Of a stretch of 64,000 nt of DNA, positions 57,760-64,000 are shown in pieces; positions within the stretch are counted from its first letter, which is position 1, and every line of letters starts with the position of its first letter. The notes beneath the pieces are model-generated. The model made no database searches. It was not told where the DNA came from and saw only the letters and a program-made list of their open reading frames with translations. Source of the stretch: an uncultured Candidatus Saccharibacteria bacterium (lineage in GTDB: Bacteria > Patescibacteriota > Minisyncoccia > Phycocordibacterales > UBA918); the NCBI GenBank assembly GCA_964399295.1, contig CAYNQD010000001.1, positions 7,013 through 71,012 of the forward strand. The letters are read 5' to 3'. The position numbers and the translations under genes are program-made.

Positions 57760-58747
57760 AAAAGTCCACTGCCTCATCATTATCAGAGAAAAATTCCCGA
57801 CGGATTTTTTCTTGTTTTTCATAACGTTCAAAATAAAGGTCTCTGATTTGAAGTGGTGTCATTTTGCCCAGTTCGGTGACGACGTAGTTGAACAGTTCAG
57901 CCGGTACGCGATCGTGTGAGAATTTTATTCTTTCGTAATTCAAGACTTTTTTGTTGGAGGCGTAGACTTTATTTTGTGAGGTTTTGTAGGTTTCGTGGCG
58001 CTTGGAGGTTTTCCAAAGAGAAAACTTTTTGGTGGAGAGAAACATATAATTGGGAATATGCTCAGCGTAGAATTCAGCCAGAACTGAGTAGCTGCCGGCA
58101 TCGCAGACGAATTGTTGTTCTTGGTCTAGGGTGGTGGCGCCGAAGAATACTTTGGTTACATTTTCAATGATATGCGAAAGCATGTATTCCGGTACTACTG
58201 TAAAAGGAATTTTAGCCCTAGTAAAGAAATCAACCATGACGATGGTCTTGTCTGTCTCCTGCTCGGCGATGATGACTTTAAATCTCTTGCCGTTTTTGGC
58301 CGCGGCCGCCAAAACTTCACGCACTGTGAGGGAGTGAGAGTGGACCAAAATCACGTCGTCGTCTTTTACCAGCTCGGCTCCAGATTTGACAATGGTTTTG
58401 AAATCGTTGTCATTGTCTCTTTGTATTCTTTTGGTAATCCGGACAATCACATTCTTAAAATCATCAATATTTTTAATGCTGCTTTTTCGCCACTGCAGTT
58501 CTTCCCATAAATCAAAGAAGTAATAGATGGCCAGAGAAATTCTTGGTTGCGTGTTTCTTATTTCTTTGAATAAATTGTCAAATTGTTCGTAAAGGTCGTC
58601 AACATTATCTATCTTTACGGAATCAAGAACTATTTCCAGAGTTTCCATGACAAATTCAGCCAATTTAATCGCGCCTCTTTCTTCTTCAATCAGTCGAAAG
58701 ATGTTGGACAGTCGTTCGTTGGTTTTATTTTGTGGTTTTTTTGGCAT
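57758..58747 (-). CDS. eIF-2B alpha/beta/delta-family protein (MtnA / ribose-1,5-bisphosphate isomerase-like)
   Basis: VILVHSHSLTVREVLAAAAKNGKRFKVIIAEQETD parallels the ILTHCNS.TV..AL..A...GK.F.VIVTESRP block. The C-terminal GATTLDQEQQFVCDAGSYSVLAEFYAEHIPNYMF parallels the GAD.I..NG.V.NK.GTY.LA..AK.H.VPFYV block. 329 aa. Confidence 0.5.
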   Translation of the reverse strand: MPKKPQNKTNERLSNIFRLIEEERGAIKLAEFVMETLEIVLDSVKIDNVDDLYEQFDNLFKEIRNTQPRISLAIYYFFDLWEELQWRKSSIKNIDDFKNVIVRITKRIQRDNDNDFKTIVKSGAELVKDDDVILVHSHSLTVREVLAAAAKNGKRFKVIIAEQETDKTIVMVDFFTRAKIPFTVVPEYMLSHIIENVTKVFFGATTLDQEQQFVCDAGSYSVLAEFYAEHIPNYMFLSTKKFSLWKTSKRHETYKTSQNKVYASNKKVLNYERIKFSHDRVPAELFNYVVTELGKMTPLQIRDLYFERYEKQEKIRREFFSDNDEAVDF

Positions 58748-58764
58748 ACAAAATTTCTAACTGA

Positions 58765-60069
58765 TTAAATATATAAGCGGCCTAAAATGTATATGGAACT
58801 GGCTATGAGAGAAATGATAGTGACCGGCATGCCGATTTTGGCAAATTCCAAAGTGCTGATATTCACTCCGTTCTTTTTTGCCAGCTCGACCGCGATGTAG
58901 CTTGATGAAGAACCGACAATTGTGCCGTTGGCGCCAAAACAAGCACCAAGCGCCAAGGCCCACCATAATAAATCAAGGTCCGGCTGGCCCGCCATTTGCG
59001 CTTGCAGTTCGTAGATGACAGGAATCATCAGGGCAATAAAAGGAATGGTGTTGATGACGGTAGAGGCCAGTCCAATTACCCAGATAATCATCATTAAGAG
59101 CAAAACATAATTATCGGCAAATTGACTGATGAAATTAGTGATGATTTCCAAAAAGCCAACTTTTTCCAAAGCTCCAACTTGAATAAAGAGAGCGGCGAAG
59201 AAAAGTAAGGAATCCCACTCCACCTCATGAAGAACTTTCTGAAAAGAGACTTGCTTGTATGTCAGCACCGACAACAAAGCTCCGGCCGCCAGTCCAATGA
59301 GACCAATAGAGATGCCAAGCTGAGTTTGAAACGCAAAAGTGGCAATTGTTGCTGTCATGATGAGCATGGATACCAGCACTACGTATTTGTTCATTCCTTT
59401 CTCCGTAAATTGTTGGGCCACTCGGCGTACCGCCATGGTATTTATAAATGACTGAGTGAGGTTGTTGGAGATGGATTTGAAGGATTCTTTATAGATAAAC
59501 AACAGATAACCGCCCACAAAAACAACAGTCAGCAATACCGGAATCCAAAGATTCTGAATAAATTGCATGTAGGTCAGGCCGGCTTGTATACCGATAAGGG
59601 TGTTTGGTGGATCACCGATAAGAGTCAAGGTTCCGCCGATGTTGGTAAACATAGCCAGAGCGATAACCATCAATTTACTATCCATGCCCAGGCTTTTGGC
59701 CAGGGCGATAGCAATAGGGATCATCAAAATAACAACGGTGACATTATTTAATGAAGTACCAATCACAAGCGTAATCGCGGTTAGTAGAAGAAAAATATTT
59801 AAAGGGTCGCCGCGACTGATGGTGGCAATTTTGGTATTGACCCAGGAGAAAACGCCGGAATGTTGAATAATACCGACGGTTATCATCAGTCCCAGTAAAA
59901 GGCCGATCATTTCAAAATCAATGGCGTGAATGGCTTCTTCCCAGGTCAAAATACCCGAGGCCATGAGCAAGGTCGCTCCCGCCACGACGACCATGGTGTT
60001 GTCAAACCTTTCAATAAACAAAAGCACAACACAAGCAAAGAATACTCCCGCAGTAAACATCATTTCCAT
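58765..60069 (-). CDS. Ion-transporter-superfamily permease (ArsB/NhaD/CitMHS-like anion transporter)
   Basis: 434 aa with about 10-12 TM helices. Duplicated hairpin-loop motifs TNIGGTLTLIGDPPNTLIG and CFGANGTIVGSSSSYIAV typical of IT-superfamily permeases. Confidence 0.5.
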   Translation of the reverse strand: MEMMFTAGVFFACVVLLFIERFDNTMVVVAGATLLMASGILTWEEAIHAIDFEMIGLLLGLMITVGIIQHSGVFSWVNTKIATISRGDPLNIFLLLTAITLVIGTSLNNVTVVILMIPIAIALAKSLGMDSKLMVIALAMFTNIGGTLTLIGDPPNTLIGIQAGLTYMQFIQNLWIPVLLTVVFVGGYLLFIYKESFKSISNNLTQSFINTMAVRRVAQQFTEKGMNKYVVLVSMLIMTATIATFAFQTQLGISIGLIGLAAGALLSVLTYKQVSFQKVLHEVEWDSLLFFAALFIQVGALEKVGFLEIITNFISQFADNYVLLLMMIIWVIGLASTVINTIPFIALMIPVIYELQAQMAGQPDLDLLWWALALGACFGANGTIVGSSSSYIAVELAKKNGVNISTLEFAKIGMPVTIISLIASSIYILGRLYI

Positions 60070-60258
60070 AAATAATAATTTTTATAATTAAATTTAAAAT
60101 GGAGACAAGATATAAAAAAATATCCTAGAGACCAGCTATTTAAGACGCTCCATTCTGCTCCTGATTTGTTGTTTTGTCAAATTAACTCGTGGGGACACTC
60201 ATAACGCATGAAATTTCGTAAATATAAATATCTGTATGTTCTCCAAACTCAAGGCGTG

Positions 60259-60267
60259 ATGGTATAA
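60259..60267 (+). promoter_or_regulatory. Extended -10 promoter element (TGgTATAAT) for helicase-nuclease gene
   Basis: Located 12 nt upstream of the ATG at 60279 in an AT-rich divergent intergenic region. Confidence 0.35.
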
Positions 60268-60278
60268 TAGACAATTAT

Positions 60279-63200
60279 ATGAAAAATGACAGCAAAGCTT
60301 CAGGGGCTTTTGGAAGTGCTTATGAGAGCTTGAATAATGAACAAAAAGCAGCGGTTGATACCATTGAGGGGCCGGTGATGGTGATTGCCGGCCCGGGGAC
60401 GGGGAAGACTCAGATTTTAACCTTAAGAATCGCGAATATTTTGCGTCTTACCGATACCAGGCCGGAAAATATTCTGGCTTTGACTTTTACTGATTCGGGA
60501 GTGCGGGCTATGCGCGCGCGACTCACAGCCTTTATTGGCGCTGATGCCTACCACGTGCCGATTCATACTTTTCATAGTTTTGCCGGTGAGTTGATAAAAA
60601 GATATCCTGATGCTTACGAAAACATCGTCGGTGGCCGGCCGGCCGGAGAGCTGGAGAAAAGGGCTATCGTTGAGGAATTATTGGAAGATAAAAGTTATCG
60701 CCAGCTGCGTCCGCATGGTGATGCTAGTTATTATGTTCGTCATATTTTGGAAGCAATTGCTACTTTAAAGAAAGAAAATATCTCTTTTGCTAAATTTTCC
60801 AACCACATAAACACCCAAATCCAGAAACTTGAAGACACTGAAAAAATTCACGCCAAAGGAGCTTATAAAGGAAGAGTCCGGGGAGAATATTTGGAAATGG
60901 AAAAATTTTTGCAGCGCAATCAGGAATTGCTGTCTTTATACAAAAAATACGACGCGCGGATGAAGGAATCGCGTTGGTATGATTTTGAAGATATGATTTT
61001 GGATACCACTTTGGCTTTGGAAAAAAATCAGGATATGCTGTTTGATGTGCAGGAGCAGTACCAATATATTCTGGCGGACGAACATCAAGACGTAAACCAA
61101 AGTCAAAATCGCTTGATTGAAATAATCGCTTCTTTTCACGATCGTCCAAATGTTTTTGTGGTGGGTGATGAAAAACAGGCTATTTATCGTTTCCAGGGAG
61201 CTTCGTTGGAAAATTTTTTGTATTTTGAGGATATATACAAGACGGTAAAAAAAATCGGCTTAACCAGCAATTATCGTTCCGACCAGAAAATTCTTGACTT
61301 GGCTCATGACAGTATTGAGACTGATGATCCCAGATTGAAAGACTTGAGAATACCGTTAAAGGCGGAAAAGAAATTTGAGACTATCATTACTCAACAAAAA
61401 TTCTCGCATGTGGCGATTGAAAATTCTTGGCTGATAGAAAATCTAAAAACATATAATGAGGCGGGGGTGCCTTGGCGGGAAATGGCGGTGATTGTCCATA
61501 CCAACAAAGAAATAGAACAGTTGGCGACCTTAATACGCAAGGCTGACATTCCCGTCAATCCTTCATCCGACAACGATATTTTAGAACATCCAATCTTTAT
61601 TGCCATTAGGAGTTTGATTAGAGCTGTCGTCAATGTCGGTAGTGAAATTGTTTTGGCTGAGATTTTACAGGCTCCGTATTGGCGGATTGATCCTGAAGAT
61701 TTGGTTTCGGTGTTGGCTGGCCGTTCTTTTGATAATCCTTTGGCGAAAATAATTGCTGATGAAAATAAATTACTGGAACTGGGAATCAAAAATCCAGAAC
61801 CGTTTTTGCAAATGGCGATGGTTTTGAAAAAAGCCAGAGTGGAAAGTTTGGTTAAAACCCCAGCGCAGGTTTTGGAATATTTATTGCGGGAAAGTGGTTT
61901 TTTGGATTATGTTTTAAAACAAGCTATTTATGACGGACCGCGGGTAATCAGGCGACTCTACGATGAAGTCGAAAACATTTTTTTAAAAAAAGAAGCGGTT
62001 GATTTGAGGTCGGTTTTGGAACGTCTGGATTTGTGCGAAAAGTATGGCATTACTCTCGGTGCGCCGTTTATCAAAACTAGCAGCGAAGCGGTCAGTCTAA
62101 TGACTGCTCACAAATCCAAAGGCTTGGAATTTGAAGTGGTGATACTGCCGCACTTGACGGACAATGTCTGGGGCAACACCAGAAATAAAGCGAGTTTGTT
62201 TCAACTACCAATTACCAAAGAAGAGGTAAATCCAAAAGAGCAGAAAGAAGATGATGAGCGGCGGCTATTTTACGTGGCTATGACTAGGGCGAAAAGGGTT
62301 TTGAAGTGTTCTTATTCAGAAATGAATAGCGATAATAGAGAATTGGTACCCTCCAGATTCTTGGTGGAATTTGATGCCGACAAAATTTCGGAAATAGACA
62401 CCAAAGATTACGAAGCCAGCTTTGTGCCGGTTGATGATTTGAAGGCCGTCAAAGCTGTGAGTCTTTGCACGGATTTTTTAAGAGCTGTACTATCTGAGCG
62501 TGGCTGGTCGGCGACTTCTTTTAATAATTATCACAAAAGTCCGTGGGACTACATTTATAAAAACGCCTTGCGTATTCCGGAAATAAAATCTCCTGAGCTG
62601 CAATTTGGTAGTGCGGTGCATGATGTTTTGGATAAAATTTTCCGTTTGGCAGAAGCGGGTAATGAGGTGACAATTGCCGATATCAAACAGCAACTGGATT
62701 TGTCTTTGGGCAAATATCCTTTGTCGGTAACGGAATTTACCAGAAGCCATGAGCGGGGGTTTGAAGCTATAGCAGCCTATTGGTCCAAGCTACAAGAATC
62801 CTTGAAAGGCAAAATCAGCAAAACAGAATACTCTTTGAAAGTGCTTTTAGAAACCGGTTTGGCTGATTTTCCTGAGGTGATTTTGACCGGAAATTTTGAC
62901 CGCTTGGATTTTGACGAGGTTGGACGAGTTATAAAAGTGGTTGATTACAAGACAGGAAAACCAAAAACTCGCGGCGTGATTGAAGGTAAAACCAAAAATA
63001 GTGACGGAAATTATAAACGACAGCTGGTTTTTTATGCGCTACTTTTATCTTTGCACAAAGATGCAGAATTCCATTGTCGAACCGGAGTACTTTCATTCGT
63101 GGAGCCTGATAAAAAAGGCGTGATTCATGAGGAGGAATTTAATATTACCGAAGAAGAGATTTCCGAGCTAAAAAAACAAATTATTGATGCGACCAGAGAA

Positions 63201-63284
63201 GTTGTTTCCGGAGAATGTCTGACTAAGTCGTGTGATCCAAGTAAAAGTAATTATTGTCATCTGGTTGATGTTTTTTCGATTTAG
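60279..63284 (+). CDS. UvrD/PcrA-type SF1 helicase fused to C-terminal PD-(D/E)xK RecB-like nuclease with terminal Cys cluster (AddA/AddB-like)
   Basis: Motif I VIAGPGTGKTQ. Motif II ILADEHQDVN. C-terminal nuclease region GNFDRLDF...VVDYKTGK. Terminal CLTKSC...YC cysteine cluster suggests an Fe-S binding site. Confidence 0.78.
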   Translation: MKNDSKASGAFGSAYESLNNEQKAAVDTIEGPVMVIAGPGTGKTQILTLRIANILRLTDTRPENILALTFTDSGVRAMRARLTAFIGADAYHVPIHTFHSFAGELIKRYPDAYENIVGGRPAGELEKRAIVEELLEDKSYRQLRPHGDASYYVRHILEAIATLKKENISFAKFSNHINTQIQKLEDTEKIHAKGAYKGRVRGEYLEMEKFLQRNQELLSLYKKYDARMKESRWYDFEDMILDTTLALEKNQDMLFDVQEQYQYILADEHQDVNQSQNRLIEIIASFHDRPNVFVVGDEKQAIYRFQGASLENFLYFEDIYKTVKKIGLTSNYRSDQKILDLAHDSIETDDPRLKDLRIPLKAEKKFETIITQQKFSHVAIENSWLIENLKTYNEAGVPWREMAVIVHTNKEIEQLATLIRKADIPVNPSSDNDILEHPIFIAIRSLIRAVVNVGSEIVLAEILQAPYWRIDPEDLVSVLAGRSFDNPLAKIIADENKLLELGIKNPEPFLQMAMVLKKARVESLVKTPAQVLEYLLRESGFLDYVLKQAIYDGPRVIRRLYDEVENIFLKKEAVDLRSVLERLDLCEKYGITLGAPFIKTSSEAVSLMTAHKSKGLEFEVVILPHLTDNVWGNTRNKASLFQLPITKEEVNPKEQKEDDERRLFYVAMTRAKRVLKCSYSEMNSDNRELVPSRFLVEFDADKISEIDTKDYEASFVPVDDLKAVKAVSLCTDFLRAVLSERGWSATSFNNYHKSPWDYIYKNALRIPEIKSPELQFGSAVHDVLDKIFRLAEAGNEVTIADIKQQLDLSLGKYPLSVTEFTRSHERGFEAIAAYWSKLQESLKGKISKTEYSLKVLLETGLADFPEVILTGNFDRLDFDEVGRVIKVVDYKTGKPKTRGVIEGKTKNSDGNYKRQLVFYALLLSLHKDAEFHCRTGVLSFVEPDKKGVIHEEEFNITEEEISELKKQIIDATREVVSGECLTKSCDPSKSNYCHLVDVFSI

Positions 63285-63355
63285 ATTTTGGAGAAACCCC
63301 ACAACCAACCCACTATTTGCGAAGGGCGGATATTGGGGCTGGGACGCGCTTAGTA

Positions 63356-64000
63356 CTATGGGACTATTTCATCAGTGGTGGTTGGGGCTTCTCGGCCTTC
63401 CAATTGACCAAGTAGGTTTTCAACAATACCTTTCATTACTGGATAAGGCTGGGCTCCTTCCACTGGGGCTTGCTGATTGCCTATTAAGACGAATGAATGA
63501 GGAGTGCCCTCAATGCCAGCGCTAAATCCGTCACGTAGACTATCTTCCACGGTTTTTTGGTGGCGTCCGCTTTTGACGCAAGAATCAAAGGCTGACATTT
63601 CGGCTCCTGATAGTCGCGCGTATTCAGGTAAGCGGCTGATATTGGTGAGTTCGTTGATCCCGCGCTCATTGAAAATAAAATTAGAGAACTTCCAGAAAGC
63701 GTCATTACCGGCTATTTCGCCGACGCAAAGCGCCGCTTCAGAAATGCGAGCTGAGTTGGGGTGAAGCTCTACCAATGGTAGTTGTCGATAAACCCAAGCG
63801 ACTTTGCCGGTGATTCCGTATTCGTTCATGATTTGGGTCATGGTGGTGTGAAATTCTTTACAGAAAGGGCAGTCGTAATCGGAGTATTCGACAATCATGA
63901 TGGGCGCGTTGGGATTGCCCAAAATATAATCACTACTGTCTACAGGCTTTATTTTACCGTTGCTGTGTTGTACTTGGTTTTGGGTATCTGGCTTGATGAT
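63356..64000 (-). CDS. DsbA-like thiol:disulfide oxidoreductase (thioredoxin fold); 5' end beyond window
   Basis: CPFC active-site motif (YSDYDCPFCKEFH). The frame stays open upstream to the window edge. The called start at 63922 is TTG. Confidence 0.6.
   Translation of the reverse strand: MIKPDTQNQVQHSNGKIKPVDSSDYILGNPNAPIMIVEYSDYDCPFCKEFHTTMTQIMNEYGITGKVAWVYRQLPLVELHPNSARISEAALCVGEIAGNDAFWKFSNFIFNERGINELTNISRLPEYARLSGAEMSAFDSCVKSGRHQKTVEDSLRDGFSAGIEGTPHSFVLIGNQQAPVEGAQPYPVMKGIVENLLGQLEGREAPTTTDEIVP

Noticed and set aside
63232-63764. Plus-strand ORFs 63232-63525 and 63504-63764 overlapping the dsbA-like gene
   Set aside because: They are antisense to a thioredoxin-fold gene with a clear CPFC motif and have W/L/R-rich compositions typical of spurious frames.
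1-64000. Alternative genetic code (UGA=Gly, code 25) as in some reduced-genome lineages
   Set aside because: TGA terminates well-defined genes (758-1525 ends on TGA overlapping the next ATG), and conserved proteins show no in-frame TGA. Standard code 11 fits.

Overview
This 64 kb window reads as a chromosomal segment of a reduced-genome bacterium, probably Candidate Phyla Radiation (Patescibacteria)-like. I infer this from gene content, not from any database search. Supporting signs are a split transketolase and a zinc-independent L31. ThrS lacks its N-terminal TGS domain, pheS and pheT are short, Shine-Dalgarno motifs are weak or absent, and several r-proteins and sigma-70 carry low-complexity tails. 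TGA acts as a stop codon (at 1523-1525 it overlaps the next gene's ATG), so the code is the standard bacterial one. About 50 protein genes and one tRNA-Thr(UGU) are supported. The core is information processing and pentose-phosphate metabolism: gap-rpiB-rpe-tktN-tktC, rpmE-prfA-rpsB-tsf, pheST, gyrB, thrS, dnaE, rnhB, rpmF, nusB, rnc, smc-like, rnr, rpsP-KH-trmD, rpoBC, dnaG-rpoD, and a UvrD-type helicase-nuclease. Several cell-envelope modules are interleaved with this core and are the likeliest site of novel biology. The first is a three-gene surface-protein cluster at the 5' end. The second is an NlpC/P60 peptidase locus flanked by inverted paralogs, one of them frameshifted at an A8 tract. 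The third is a sortase next to a 1043-aa Ig-repeat surface protein that has an internal sorting-signal-like VPYTG+TM segment. The fourth is a tandem pair of type IV pilins co-operonic with a short SMC-like ATPase. The fifth is a processive GT2 synthase with a PEGA-like partner. Other notable items are a NusB-Nudix fusion, a candidate ~300-nt ncRNA or long leader upstream of rpmF, a 21-bp inverted repeat in the thrS leader, a SemiSWEET-like mini-transporter, and unusually long perfect hairpin terminators (32 bp after rnc, 30 bp after rpoD). There is no CRISPR array, rRNA or obvious mobile element. Many six-frame ORF starts are 5'-over-extended or use TTG/GTG; I give corrected starts where internal evidence supports them.
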